Sequence record: NC_100371.1
Length of the DNA: 64,000 nucleotides
Source: a phage
Direction: 5' to 3' (one strand)
The notes beneath the pieces are model-generated. The model was not told where the DNA came from. It saw nothing but the letters and a program-made list of their open reading frames with translations, and ran no database searches. This document shows, piece by piece, positions 35,471 through 45,291 of this stretch. The first letter of the stretch is position 1. The number at the start of each line of letters is the position of its first letter. Position numbers and translations under genes: made by a program.

Positions 35471-35751
35471 AAATGAGTGCTAAGGACAAGTTGCACCAGT
35501 TAGCGCTAAAACGTCCTGTAACTCTCCCTGACGAGCTTAACTCCATTTATGATGCGATTGTAGGGGAGATACAAAATAAGGCGTTAGCAGGCTTTCTGGG
35601 ATGCGGATTTTCGATAAATCTTCCATCACACCTCTCAGACTACTTCCCACACATCGTTGGGGATTTGAGGGCAGGAGGTCTGCAGGTGGATGTTGTTGGC
35701 ATCTCCCCGGAGAAAAATAACACAGTTGCCTACTTGACAGTGACCTGGTAG
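35467..35751 (+). CDS. hypothetical protein
   Basis: ATGA overlap with the upstream stop. Confidence 0.4.
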   Translation: MKMSAKDKLHQLALKRPVTLPDELNSIYDAIVGEIQNKALAGFLGCGFSINLPSHLSDYFPHIVGDLRAGGLQVDVVGISPEKNNTVAYLTVTW

Positions 35752-35786
35752 TAGTGTATTTTGTTTTCAACAAGAGGGGGTCATCT

Positions 35787-36026
35787 ATGTATAAGTCATT
35801 TTCAATTTACTCAAGACAGGCAAAACACTACACAGAGATTCTGATCACTCAGAAAAAATCTGTGGAAGGTGAGTGGGAATATCATCATAAAATGTTGCGT
35901 CCAGACTGGGTTTTTGATAGGCTTATTGCTATGATCCCTCTTGGAGAAGTATACCCTCTGACAGGTCATAGGGATGCTTGGGATTTAATTGACTATATAG
36001 ATTCATTTAAGGAGCCTAGATTATGA
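35787..36026 (+). CDS. hypothetical protein
   Basis: ATG with AGAGGGGG RBS. Confidence 0.4.
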   Translation: MYKSFSIYSRQAKHYTEILITQKKSVEGEWEYHHKMLRPDWVFDRLIAMIPLGEVYPLTGHRDAWDLIDYIDSFKEPRL

Positions 36027-36421
36027 AGATTGAGATTACTGAAGAAGGTAAGAAAGTCTCTGGTAACTATGCAACAGTTATCCGTGATGTAATGTTCGAA
36101 GTCACTAAGATTGGCACATCCAAGGTTGGTCAAACGGTGAGTGTGCAAGGTAATATCACCTCAGGAGAGAAGATATTCATCGTGATAAAAGGCCAGGATC
36201 CTGTAGAAGGGACAGTTGGACGTGGTGGATACTTGTGTATCTCTGAAGAGCCTCGCATGCTAGTTGCTGATAACTCCACAGGTAAAAAGCGAGTATGTAA
36301 CACGGACGAGGTGATGATTATCTATCCAGTCAACCCGGATGATCCGGCAACATGGATTGTGGGAAATGAAATCTTCTCTTTAGAAGAGTTATCCTTCCCA
36401 GCTCCGCGATCTGTTCAGTAA
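36023..36421 (+). CDS. hypothetical protein, MKIEIT-type N-terminus
   Basis: 132 aa; N-terminus resembles members of the small acidic family downstream. Confidence 0.45.
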   Translation: MKIEITEEGKKVSGNYATVIRDVMFEVTKIGTSKVGQTVSVQGNITSGEKIFIVIKGQDPVEGTVGRGGYLCISEEPRMLVADNSTGKKRVCNTDEVMIIYPVNPDDPATWIVGNEIFSLEELSFPAPRSVQ

Positions 36422-36460
36422 TAATTTATCTTACCAGGGACGGTAAAAGCAGGAGGTAGC

Positions 36461-36694
36461 ATGAAAGTTAAATTTCTTACAGATTTAGGGTACCCTTCCT
36501 TGGTTGACTGCGTTGGTAAAATTGTGGAAGCAAAACGGCTATCTGCAAACGATAATGTTGTCATGGTTAAGGGAAAAGATTTACTAGCTGCAGGTGCAGA
36601 GTCTGGCAGGATCTCTCCTGACTATACGTATTACCTGTCTTTAAGTAATCTACCAGAACGAGGCGGCAAAGGCCTTGAAGTTGTGGAGGAGTGA
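36461..36694 (+). CDS. small acidic protein, paralog family A
   Basis: MKVKFLTD...KGKDLLAAGA...EVVEE; clear paralog of 40118 and 40332. Confidence 0.5.
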   Translation: MKVKFLTDLGYPSLVDCVGKIVEAKRLSANDNVVMVKGKDLLAAGAESGRISPDYTYYLSLSNLPERGGKGLEVVEE

Positions 36695-36699
36695 CAGGT

Positions 36700-37236
36700 A
36701 TGCTTCTGATTAACTGGGAAGACCTCTATGGGGACAAAGACCCTGTTGCGTTTGTTGATCGTAGGTGGAGGTACACTGAAGAACAACTGGCTGCAAAAAA
36801 TTTAACTGCAAAACGCAGAAAGATCATCCAGTGCAAGTACAAATACGCACAGTTTGCTGCAAAAGTGTCTCCACAAATCGAGAGTTTTGTACTTAAATTG
36901 TATGACGAGTACCTCAAATTCAAATTGGATTTTGTACAGGTATACCGTGCACAGGTACGTCCAGATACCAACATCTGCAGATGGAAGGTTGTTTGTGATG
37001 GTAAAGATTTGCCGCTCAGTTTGACAATTGAGTGGCGTTGGGGGTATCATGAGTGCGGTTTGTATGATATTTGGGATGTCATTGTAGATCCTGCTAAGTA
37101 CCTGAACACAGAGGAGCTGGAATATATCAATAAGGTTATTCTAGATATGTTTTTCAGCTACACCCATGAAAACTCTGAGAAAGAACGGGATAATTTTCTT
37201 GACACCCTCGGCAACCACCTGCAGTGTACAATTTAA
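36700..37236 (+). CDS. hypothetical protein
   Basis: ATG 9 nt after a GGAGGA RBS. Confidence 0.45.
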   Translation: MLLINWEDLYGDKDPVAFVDRRWRYTEEQLAAKNLTAKRRKIIQCKYKYAQFAAKVSPQIESFVLKLYDEYLKFKLDFVQVYRAQVRPDTNICRWKVVCDGKDLPLSLTIEWRWGYHECGLYDIWDVIVDPAKYLNTEELEYINKVILDMFFSYTHENSEKERDNFLDTLGNHLQCTI

Positions 37237-37254
37237 CCTACAAAGGAGGAGCCA

Positions 37255-37491
37255 ATGAGTATAGATGCTGTGCTGATAGGTTACCTGGTAGTAGCTGTTA
37301 TAACAGCAGTAATCTTGGCAGGTATATGCATCGTGTCTACACGAAGGGTGAAGTTTGATGATTTTATCACCATCATCACTGCTGCGCCCTTTTGGCCTGT
37401 TGTTATCTTCATCGTAATAATGTGCCTAGTTGATTACCACAAGAATATCCGTAAGGAGAAAAAGGAGAGTAGGGATGGATACCGCACCTAA
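37255..37491 (+). CDS. small membrane protein
   Basis: Two hydrophobic segments; AAGGAGGAG RBS. Confidence 0.5.
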   Translation: MSIDAVLIGYLVVAVITAVILAGICIVSTRRVKFDDFITIITAAPFWPVVIFIVIMCLVDYHKNIRKEKKESRDGYRT

Positions 37492-37710
37492 AACTGTTTA
37501 TACTGTTCTTAAAGAGATTGCGTTCTACGCAGATCTTAGCCGGGCACCTTTATGGGAAAAGAATATGTATTTAAAATGGTGCGTGAAATTAGGGGGGCCT
37601 TCTAATGTTTCAAGCCATGTTTATTGAAATGCTCTCTGGGGTATTACTGCTGGTAGCCATTTTGGGTGGCGCGGCACTGATGTATAATTATCTTGAAAAA
37701 GGGGACAGTA

Positions 37711-37896
37711 ATGACAAAAAATAAATCCTTAGAACAGGCTGAAAACCTTCTCCACGAGCTGGTAAAGGAGTGGAAAGTTGAATACTCAGATTTTAATGCA
37801 AGAGAGGGGGAAGATTATTGGCCTACAGAGCGCTCAGAGGGAGAGTGGTATCAAGATTTCATAGAATGGCTATATCAGACGTGCGATGAGGGGTGA
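37711..37896 (+). CDS. hypothetical protein
   Basis: AAAGGGGA RBS. Confidence 0.4.
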   Translation: MTKNKSLEQAENLLHELVKEWKVEYSDFNAREGEDYWPTERSEGEWYQDFIEWLYQTCDEG

Positions 37897-38354
37897 CGAT
37901 GTTTGTTAAATATGTAAAAACGTGCCTCAACAACCTTGGTAGAGAGCATTGGTACACACTGCTTGAAAAAGGAGAAATTTTAACAAAATCTGGAAAGATA
38001 ACTTTGATACCTTTGGACGATAAAGACCCGTCACTACTTGTCATAGATGATTACGTTACAGGTGTGTCGTACGAGGTATCTGTGGAGAGGTTAATACGCA
38101 GATCTGGAGGTCCTTATGACCGAAGAGAGTATGTTTTCGATTCCGTTACAGAGAAGGAAGATCCGTCCCTAATGTTTAGAATGGTAATCAGGGATATGAA
38201 ATCATCTATAAATAGGATCGTAAAGGACATTAAGGAGCCTTTTAGGGTAAAAGTTAAGAAGTTTTTTGATTCTAAGATCAACATACTCGCCGTTGTGCTA
38301 GGCGTAATTCAACTTCTGTTAATTTTGCACTATTTTGAACTGTTGTTTAAGTAA
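37893..38354 (+). CDS. hypothetical protein
   Basis: 153 aa; hairpin after the stop. Confidence 0.45.
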   Translation: MTMFVKYVKTCLNNLGREHWYTLLEKGEILTKSGKITLIPLDDKDPSLLVIDDYVTGVSYEVSVERLIRRSGGPYDRREYVFDSVTEKEDPSLMFRMVIRDMKSSINRIVKDIKEPFRVKVKKFFDSKINILAVVLGVIQLLLILHYFELLFK

Positions 38355-38414
38355 TGTGCATTATGGCACAAAGGATGTGCCATAATTAAATAAACTAAGA
38401 AAGAGGTAGAGAGA

Positions 38415-38762
38415 ATGTCAAAGATTAAATCGATATTAATGTGGGTGGCTGTTGTAGCTTTTGTAGGATACTGGACTTGGGAAACTGAATTAAAAGATAT
38501 TGGGTATACCAGCCTTGAGAGCAAGGCGTGCATTGGCATAACCGATGCATTCAGGCAGAATGCTATGGATCACGAATGTGTCGATGCAGATATAGATGAG
38601 AAACTGTCTAAGGACAAAGATTTTTACCATGGTCATGCCTTGCTTGATAGTGGTGACACTGTGGAATTCTGGTCGTGGTTCCGTGAAGATGGGACAATAA
38701 AGACAGCAGTAAAGATTTCCAACAAAGAGTTGATGCTGTTGCAGCAGAAGGAGGTGCAATGA
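38415..38762 (+). CDS. hypothetical protein with N-terminal transmembrane segment
   Basis: 115 aa; AAGAGGTAGAGAG RBS. Confidence 0.45.
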   Translation: MSKIKSILMWVAVVAFVGYWTWETELKDIGYTSLESKACIGITDAFRQNAMDHECVDADIDEKLSKDKDFYHGHALLDSGDTVEFWSWFREDGTIKTAVKISNKELMLLQQKEVQ

Positions 38763-39046
38763 TCTGGATATCCTACGCTGATGGCACCATGCTGTATACT
38801 GCAGGTACTAGATATGAAGTTAAGGAGGACGATAAAAAATTTATCGTAAAAACATTTGACAAGGACGACAACCTTTTGCTAGAATTGACTTACAAGGTTG
38901 GGGATGTATCTAGCATCCAATTAGATTGCGGTCATAAAGATAACCCGCTCAAGAAACCTGGGGTAGGTAAAGCTTCAGAAGAACGCCTGTCTCGTATTGC
39001 AGAAAGCGTTTCTGCACAAAAATCTAAAAAGGGGACTAGAAAATGA
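38759..39046 (+). CDS. hypothetical protein
   Basis: 95 aa. Confidence 0.4.
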   Translation: MIWISYADGTMLYTAGTRYEVKEDDKKFIVKTFDKDDNLLLELTYKVGDVSSIQLDCGHKDNPLKKPGVGKASEERLSRIAESVSAQKSKKGTRK

Positions 39047-39237
39047 AAAACTTACATTTTAACACTTATTACTACAACACTTTGAATGATTTGTATTATA
39101 TTGTTCGAAGTAAAAATCCTGAAACAGTCCTATTCTGCCGCGAACCTTTCAAAGGAGAGGAAGTGGAGTCTGAGATGAATGTTAGCCAGATTACCTCTTT
39201 GTTGCTCTCAGGTGCAATGGAAGAAGCAATATTCTAA
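39043..39237 (+). CDS. hypothetical protein
   Basis: 64 aa. Confidence 0.35.
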   Translation: MKNLHFNTYYYNTLNDLYYIVRSKNPETVLFCREPFKGEEVESEMNVSQITSLLLSGAMEEAIF

Positions 39238-39255
39238 ACCAGGCGGGAGGGTTTT

Positions 39256-39441
39256 ATGAAGCACTATTGTCTGTCTGGTAGGATGGGGGTGGATTGTGAT
39301 TGGGTTTTCTTAAAACTTGTCAGCGTTCGAGAGTCCATCCCAGAGGAAGAGCAAGAAAGTGAGCTGATGTCATGGATCAACTATTACGGCAACACTTTCC
39401 GGCATGTCAAAATGGAAGAGCTGCCAAACGAGGCTGATTGA
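39256..39441 (+). CDS. hypothetical protein
   Basis: 61 aa; GGGAGGG RBS. Confidence 0.35.
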   Translation: MKHYCLSGRMGVDCDWVFLKLVSVRESIPEEEQESELMSWINYYGNTFRHVKMEELPNEAD

Positions 39442-39536
39442 TTATGGTCGCATCAATATTAACGTTTATGGGTGGCGTGGCATTCGGATTCATTCTTTGT
39501 CTGTTTATAGTTATCATGGCTATGCGAGGCTGAATT

Positions 39537-39821
39537 ATGAAACTGTTCGAGTGGTTTAAAAAGTTTAAATACCAGGCTGTTGCTGTATCGAAATGGACCG
39601 TCCGCTGGGTGGACGATGATGGAACACAAATTCCCGGTGATCAGGATACCGGATACTGGGTTATGATGGAGAACGGATTTGGGAAAAGGAAGTTTAAATG
39701 TGTTGGTGCTCCTACTCTTTTAAATGTTAGAAGTGTGCCAGGGTACAGCACTATGGTTGTTTGGGAGCTATCCGGTGTTCCTCCTGCTAATGTGCAATAT
39801 CTGCCAAACCAAGAAAAATAA
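39537..39821 (+). CDS. hypothetical protein
   Basis: 94 aa. Confidence 0.4.
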   Translation: MKLFEWFKKFKYQAVAVSKWTVRWVDDDGTQIPGDQDTGYWVMMENGFGKRKFKCVGAPTLLNVRSVPGYSTMVVWELSGVPPANVQYLPNQEK

Positions 39822-39833
39822 AAGGAGAAGATA

Positions 39834-40118
39834 ATGAGCAATGGTGTTAGCAATAGTGCTGCAGAGTTTAAAGTGATCTGTAAAGGAACTTATTGGATAG
39901 TGAAACAGAAAGTGTACCTATTCGGTTTCATACCGTTTTGGCAGAGATTTTGCTGGGGAGCTAACGAGCTTAAGAGATACGCAACCAAGGCTATGGCACT
40001 TATTGGTATAGCTGAATACATTGCTGCCAGGGACAGAGAGGGTAAAACTTGTTACTACACTGCTGACGAGATTCGTAACAGTGTTTACGTTCCACAACCG
40101 CCCGATGGAGACCGCTGA
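39834..40118 (+). CDS. hypothetical protein
   Basis: 94 aa; AAGGAGAAG RBS. Confidence 0.4.
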   Translation: MSNGVSNSAAEFKVICKGTYWIVKQKVYLFGFIPFWQRFCWGANELKRYATKAMALIGIAEYIAARDREGKTCYYTADEIRNSVYVPQPPDGDR

Positions 40119-40342
40119 TGAAAGTTAAAGTTTTAGATTCAAGCTTCTATATTGGTCAGGAGCCCTTAGTGGGGAAAGTGTTTACCGCTATCCCTAACGA
40201 AGATTATCCTGACCTTTTAAAAATAAAAGGTGCAGATCTTATTGCCGCTGGTGCATCCCAGGAATGCTTTGACAGTCAGTGGACCTACAACTTTGCCCTA
40301 GGAGAGGATGTGGAGATAGTGGAGGACGATCATGAAGGTTAA
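40118..40342 (+). CDS. small acidic protein, paralog family A
   Basis: MKVKVLDSSFYIGQ...KGADLIAAGA...EIVEDDHEG. Confidence 0.5.
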   Translation: MKVKVLDSSFYIGQEPLVGKVFTAIPNEDYPDLLKIKGADLIAAGASQECFDSQWTYNFALGEDVEIVEDDHEG

Positions 40343-40586
40343 AATTCTTGACTCTAACGTCTACTTGGGACAATCCTTCCTGAAAGGAAAGGTAGTACCT
40401 GCTGTATACTTCGAAGGGTTGCCGTGGGACGATCCTGTGCGGCAAAATCACAGCCATGTAGGCCACAATGTGGTGTTCATCTTGGGATCAGACCTGATCG
40501 CGGCTGGTGCCCCGGAATATTATTTCGGAGAGGACTCGTATTATGCCTTTGGGGCAGGGTCAGATGCAGATATTTTAGAGCTGTGA
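40332..40586 (+). CDS. small acidic protein, paralog family A
   Basis: MKVKILDSNVYLGQ...GSDLIAAGA. Confidence 0.5.
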   Translation: MKVKILDSNVYLGQSFLKGKVVPAVYFEGLPWDDPVRQNHSHVGHNVVFILGSDLIAAGAPEYYFGEDSYYAFGAGSDADILEL

Positions 40587-40598
40587 TGGGGAACTGTT

Positions 40599-40997
40599 GT
40601 GAAAAATAAACTGTTCAAAGTTACAATGAAAATTCGCGGAGCTTGGAGCGTAAAGCAAGGGCGTATCCCCGAATTTGAGAAAGACTTCTACGTAGTCTCC
40701 ACCTCGGAGGAGGCTGCATGCTGGCAGGCTGGCTATGCCTATGCAAGAACCTGGTACGAAGGATACCAGACTGGAGGCTATGACGGAGAAATTGTCAGTA
40801 AGGGTGTGGAAGAAATTAATGTGTTGACAAGTGAAAAAGTTTTTGTTATAGTGCATCCAGATTCCAGAGTGAAGCATTACTGGAATGCCAGAACAAAAAC
40901 CTGGACACCGTTTGCAGATTCTGCTACACCACTTTTAAACCAGAAAGCTCTTGACTCTGCCCCAAGCTATGGGGTTGTTGAAGAAAAGATAAGCTGA
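40599..40997 (+). CDS. hypothetical protein, paralog family B
   Basis: ...VIVHPDSRVKHYWNARTKTWTP... is paralogous to 42804-43199. Confidence 0.45.
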   Translation: MKNKLFKVTMKIRGAWSVKQGRIPEFEKDFYVVSTSEEAACWQAGYAYARTWYEGYQTGGYDGEIVSKGVEEINVLTSEKVFVIVHPDSRVKHYWNARTKTWTPFADSATPLLNQKALDSAPSYGVVEEKIS

Positions 40998-41014
40998 AAT
41001 AGTGGGGTGCTTAC

Positions 41015-41305
41015 ATGATGGATTTAGTTTTGGACGCTGATAACACCGGATCGTTTAAAAAAGATGGTGTAATAAGCATGGACCAATCCTGCGATGTCAA
41101 GATTGACTCAAAATGGACCTACAAGTTTGACGGTGAGATCTTCGCAAATGATGAGAAGGTCGTGGATGCTGTAGCCATTTTAAACGCTTTAGGGTATGAC
41201 CCTGTGAACTCATTGATCAAGGATCCTGTTGAGTTTGCAGAGTATGTTCGTAAAATGGCAGATCTTGCAGTAGATATTTTAAAAACTATCGACAACAAGT
41301 TGTAA
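41015..41305 (+). CDS. hypothetical protein
   Basis: 96 aa. Confidence 0.4.
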   Translation: MMDLVLDADNTGSFKKDGVISMDQSCDVKIDSKWTYKFDGEIFANDEKVVDAVAILNALGYDPVNSLIKDPVEFAEYVRKMADLAVDILKTIDNKL

Positions 41306-41310
41306 AAACT

Positions 41311-41339
41311 GTTGACACAACGCTTCAGATTTAGTATCA
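41311..41339 (+). promoter_or_regulatory. sigma70-like promoter
   Basis: TTGACA-N17-TATCAT upstream of the HPF-like gene. Confidence 0.55.
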
Positions 41340-41386
41340 TTGTTTTCAAAGAGGGGTTGGTCCCTCTTCTTTAAAAGGAACACATT

Positions 41387-41704
41387 ATGCAAATTGAAAT
41401 CACTGGCAACGTAGAGATCACTGAAGGTATGGTGTCTTTCATTTCCAACAAAATGTCCAAGCTGGAGCGTTTGCACCCCTCTGCCAACTATGCACGTGTG
41501 AGTGTAAAAGTTGAAAATGATCACCAGGAAGTTATGGCTTTCATTTTTGACACTTCTGGAAAAGAAGTTATCGCCAAAGCTAAAGGTAGTGATGCTTACG
41601 AGGCAACTGACCGTATGGTAGATGTTGCAGCACGCCAGTTGGCTAAGTGTGGTGGAAAGAAAGGTAAGGGAAAAGGCAAAGTAAAGATTGACTTTTTAGA
41701 TTAA
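41387..41704 (+). CDS. ribosome hibernation promoting factor (HPF/RaiA/YfiA)-like protein
   Basis: MQIEITGNVEITEGM...KLERLHP...RVSVKVE...AKAKGSDAYEATDRMVDVAARQLAK parallels bacterial HPF (MQLNITGNNVEITEAL...); Lys/Gly-rich tail. Confidence 0.6.
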   Translation: MQIEITGNVEITEGMVSFISNKMSKLERLHPSANYARVSVKVENDHQEVMAFIFDTSGKEVIAKAKGSDAYEATDRMVDVAARQLAKCGGKKGKGKGKVKIDFLD

Positions 41705-41841
41705 GGTGCTACAATGGGCACGATTAAGAAATTAATCCCAAATGTGGAGATTGCATGCTTTGAAATTATGTTTGCAATCGCAGTTGTAGTTAATGTGTTA
41801 GGTTACGGCTATTAATATCAAATAATTGAGGAGACCTCTAA

Positions 41842-42111
41842 ATGAAAATTAAATTATTCCAAACTGAGCTGGCAGACAAAAACTGTGGACTGGTTGAAGG
41901 CATGATCGTTGAAGCACAACCAGTTGACTACATGAAGGTGGTTCGTGATGCCCTGGGTGAAGGTTTTGATCTGATGGAGCCAGCTCTGCGAGAAGATGTC
42001 ATCGAAATGGCTAAAAAGCACACACCGGAAGGTTTGGTAGTGTTTGTTGCTCCAGGTAATGGAGAGGAGTTGATTGTAACTCCGGATGTGTATGAGGTTG
42101 TAGAAGAGTAA
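41842..42111 (+). CDS. small acidic protein, MKIK-type
   Basis: 89 aa ending EVVEE. Confidence 0.45.
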   Translation: MKIKLFQTELADKNCGLVEGMIVEAQPVDYMKVVRDALGEGFDLMEPALREDVIEMAKKHTPEGLVVFVAPGNGEELIVTPDVYEVVEE

Positions 42112-42203
42112 TCCTGCTTGGGTTGGAATACTTTCCTCGACAAGAAAGGTTTATAATTATTTGTGGGAAAGGAATCCCCATCTCTTACCAGAGGTGATAC
42201 TAT

Positions 42204-42467
42204 ATGATTGTTTATTTTAAAACTTCAGGTGGATACCCTGATTCTCAAAGCTTGATTGGAAAAACGTGCACAGCATACTCACCTCTTGATGAGGAGGTAA
42301 GTGGTATCCTACGAGATATGTATCGGATTGATCCACAAGAAGCTTTTGATCAAAACCTTGTATTTGTCAAGGGATCAGACATAAAGTCTTTGGGGGCATT
42401 CCCTGAAGCAGATGATGATGCTGTTTATTCGTTTATGACACCTTTTGAAGCTATGGTTGTGGGGTAA
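42204..42467 (+). CDS. small acidic protein
   Basis: 87 aa. Confidence 0.45.
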   Translation: MIVYFKTSGGYPDSQSLIGKTCTAYSPLDEEVSGILRDMYRIDPQEAFDQNLVFVKGSDIKSLGAFPEADDDAVYSFMTPFEAMVVG

Positions 42468-42471
42468 GAAT

Positions 42472-42804
42472 ATGAAAGTACGCTTTATTGGTGAAACAAT
42501 TCCTGTGCATCTCCGGTCTCCTGAAGACTCTGCAGATCTTGCATCTCAAAAGGCGAGAGGGTATGATAAGAAAGTGATCTCAAGCAATGTAGAGCTTGAG
42601 GCCACCAGTCTGCCTGACCCAGCTGCATTCTTCAATCATTATGGCTACTATTTTAGCAATCTGATGAATATTGGTGAGCTTGTGTTTATTAGTGGTGGAG
42701 AGATAGTTAGCAAGCTTGGTGGAGATCCGGATATCTTTCATGAAACCTGTCCTTTTGCATTTGTGGTGGGTTCAGATGTGGAAGTTATTGAGGAGGTTCG
42801 GTAA
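42472..42804 (+). CDS. small acidic protein, MKVR-type
   Basis: Internal ATG at 42472 chosen; ends VIEEVR. Confidence 0.45.
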   Translation: MKVRFIGETIPVHLRSPEDSADLASQKARGYDKKVISSNVELEATSLPDPAAFFNHYGYYFSNLMNIGELVFISGGEIVSKLGGDPDIFHETCPFAFVVGSDVEVIEEVR

Positions 42805-43199
42805 TGGTAAGTCTATACCGTGTTGAGTATAGCTCGGATACTGTATACAACGTAAGAAGCAAAGATCGCAGTGATAGAGTGCAAGAAATGTATGTTCTTG
42901 CAGATAGTCCGTTATCTGCAGCGTTCAAGGCAGGAGCTCTTGCATCTCGTTGGAAATTTGAGGGTGGATCTTTCTATGAAGAAACCCTTGAAGATTCTGT
43001 TGTTATTTCTTCTGTAGAGGTTTCAACCGACTACGAAGGGAAAAAGTTCGTAATGCGGCACCCACACAGCAATATTGCGTACTACTGGGATGTTCTGAAC
43101 AATGAGTGGACCCCTGATCTTCAGAAGGCCACTGTTCTAACCCCATTCCTGGCAGATAAGTTCCCACCAGAAGGTAATTTATCTGCACTGTTTCAGTAA
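42804..43199 (+). CDS. hypothetical protein, paralog family B
   Basis: ...VMRHPHSNIAYYWDVLNNEWTP... is paralogous to 40599-40997. Confidence 0.45.
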   Translation: MVSLYRVEYSSDTVYNVRSKDRSDRVQEMYVLADSPLSAAFKAGALASRWKFEGGSFYEETLEDSVVISSVEVSTDYEGKKFVMRHPHSNIAYYWDVLNNEWTPDLQKATVLTPFLADKFPPEGNLSALFQ

Positions 43200-43275
43200 T
43201 TTTATGCCACACAGGTGTTGACAACACCAACCCTGTGTGCAATAATACCTTCATCTTAACAAGATAGGAGACCGA

Positions 43276-43536
43276 TTGATGAAGATTAAATTGAAAAACC
43301 TTGAAACGGCAGAGATTCAGGAAGGTGTTGATTTCCGTTCTAAAGATGGAGACATCCTAGAGGCGAATGTCCCGACATATAAGTTGATTAAAGGTTTTGG
43401 CAACGTTCCGGAGGAGGATATTACAGACATTCTTATGATGTTGATCCTTGACGGGACTGTGTTTGTAGGTGAAGGTGAGAACGCTATTGCAATCCCGAGC
43501 CATTTTTATGAAGTAGTTGACGAAGAGGTGCTGTAA
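43276..43536 (+). CDS. small acidic protein, MKIK-type
   Basis: 86 aa ending EVVDEEVL. Confidence 0.45.
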   Translation: MMKIKLKNLETAEIQEGVDFRSKDGDILEANVPTYKLIKGFGNVPEEDITDILMMLILDGTVFVGEGENAIAIPSHFYEVVDEEVL

Positions 43537-43887
43537 ATGAAAGTAGAGATCACAGGTTTTGATATGAATGCGGTTCCGGAAGATATTTTAGCTAAACTCC
43601 CGGAAGGTTTTGGTAACGGTGTTGTGGTTGATGCTGTTCCTCCTACCAAAGACATCCTGCTGCAGTATGGTGTGGCAGAGGAAGATGTTGATAAAGTTCT
43701 TACAATGATGGCAATCGACCGTGTTGTCGTTGTTAAAGGTCTTGAAGGTTTTGATAACGATCCTCTGATTATTCGTGGTGATGACTATCGCATCATCGAC
43801 AACGAAGGCCAAGAGTTCTACGAACCTTCTGCTGAAGATGTTCTTAACTTACTACTGGAAGCAGGCACCGAAGAGGAGGAAGAATAA
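43537..43887 (+). CDS. small acidic protein, MKVEIT-type
   Basis: 116 aa with poly-Glu C-terminus. Confidence 0.45.
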   Translation: MKVEITGFDMNAVPEDILAKLPEGFGNGVVVDAVPPTKDILLQYGVAEEDVDKVLTMMAIDRVVVVKGLEGFDNDPLIIRGDDYRIIDNEGQEFYEPSAEDVLNLLLEAGTEEEEE

Positions 43888-44216
43888 TGAAAATTGATCC
43901 GTTACTGAAGGCTCGTGCAGAAAAAGCATACACTATCAAGCTGACCTCTCTGGTCCCTACTTGTCATCCGGATGTAGGTTGGCCTGAAGGCTTGGTAGAG
44001 GGGACTGTAACAGCTGCATACCTTCCTAACATCAAATACCTCATGGAGATCTTGGAGATGGATGAGGAAACGGCAGAACAGTTCCAGTTAGACATGAAGC
44101 AAAGTGGGACTCTGGTTATTCACGGGTGGTATAATACTAAAGATGCAGAAGATCCCCTGGTAACTTCTAATCTGGCATATGAGATCTTAGGGCCTTTGAA
44201 CTTGGGGGAAGACTAA
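43887..44216 (+). CDS. hypothetical acidic protein
   Basis: 109 aa. Confidence 0.4.
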   Translation: MKIDPLLKARAEKAYTIKLTSLVPTCHPDVGWPEGLVEGTVTAAYLPNIKYLMEILEMDEETAEQFQLDMKQSGTLVIHGWYNTKDAEDPLVTSNLAYEILGPLNLGED

Positions 44217-44503
44217 TGAAAGATTTGGTTAAGATCAAGATTAAAGACACCAATGGAGAACTCAGCCATTTTGGAATTAACGATGGTGACGAGCTGATCG
44301 CCCACCTGCCTACCAAGGAAGTTGTAAGCAAAGCGGTTGCCGGAGAAGAAGATGCAATGCAGGCTGCAGGTGTGGATGAAAACTATGTAGCAATGTGTAT
44401 GTGCCGAGATCAGGTTGTTCTGTATAAAGCGTATCGACCAAATGGAGCACCTGAGTGGCTTGTTTTCCGACCAGAAGGGTATGAAATTTTAGAGACGCTA
44501 TGA
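44216..44503 (+). CDS. hypothetical acidic protein
   Basis: 95 aa. Confidence 0.4.
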   Translation: MKDLVKIKIKDTNGELSHFGINDGDELIAHLPTKEVVSKAVAGEEDAMQAAGVDENYVAMCMCRDQVVLYKAYRPNGAPEWLVFRPEGYEILETL

Positions 44504-44592
44504 TAAATCCTGCCAAGGTTGCAACGGCACTGTTAATTATTTGCTGGATAGTGACCTTGGCACTATGTCTTGTATTTCATTAAGGGGGCTGT

Positions 44593-44856
44593 ATGAACAT
44601 CTTGGTGTGGGTTGTAGCAGTAGCGTTTGTTGCGTGCCTCTCTTGTTGGGTTGCTGTGAGGATTTCTATAGCCACTCTTCGGAAATTAGGGTTCTCAGAG
44701 TGGGATATTGATATCCTTTCTTTTCGCAATGAGACAATCTCAGCCGCCCTGCTGTGTAAGAAGTTTAAGTGGGAACCTTGTGAGGTCATGAACTATCTAA
44801 GAACAGGAGATATTCCTGAGAGATTTAAAAAAGTTCTTGACGGCAAAGACAAATGA
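44593..44856 (+). CDS. membrane protein
   Basis: N-terminal transmembrane helix. Confidence 0.45.
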   Translation: MNILVWVVAVAFVACLSCWVAVRISIATLRKLGFSEWDIDILSFRNETISAALLCKKFKWEPCEVMNYLRTGDIPERFKKVLDGKDK

Positions 44857-44884
44857 TAGTATAGTGACTAACAAGAGGTGAGGA

Positions 44885-45025
44885 ATGACTGATTTTACTG
44901 AAGCTTTAATGATGGCCTTATCTGTTTTAGCGCTATCGGTGTGTTTTGGGGCGTTATTCACATCTCTAGTTAAAGTTTTACATACCATATTCTCACCCAA
45001 GGAGCACAGTAATGACGAAGATTGA
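44885..45025 (+). CDS. small hydrophobic peptide (46 aa)
   Basis: Strong RBS AAGAGGTGAGGA; hydrophobic core; not in the ORF track (shorter than 60 aa). Confidence 0.4.
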   Translation: MTDFTEALMMALSVLALSVCFGALFTSLVKVLHTIFSPKEHSNDED

Positions 45026-45263
45026 CTTAAATGCTGGCGACCATGTTGTTGTCAAATGCATCGGGGATTATCTTGGATTCACAATCGGCAATACTTACGA
45101 GGCAGTGGTGGCGAAGGTTTATCATGATAAAGTCCTTAGCCTTGTATTTGACTGCGATGATGACGGAGATGACCGTTACGTCTGTGAGGTGCTGGCACGT
45201 GACGATAGTGAAGACCAGAAATTCCTGGTTATCGAACTGAACGGTATTTTTGTAGAACGTTAA
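45012..45263 (+). CDS. hypothetical acidic protein
   Basis: 83 aa. Confidence 0.4.
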   Translation: MTKIDLNAGDHVVVKCIGDYLGFTIGNTYEAVVAKVYHDKVLSLVFDCDDDGDDRYVCEVLARDDSEDQKFLVIELNGIFVER

Positions 45264-45291
45264 TTTAAAACAATATAAGGAGACTCTTACT

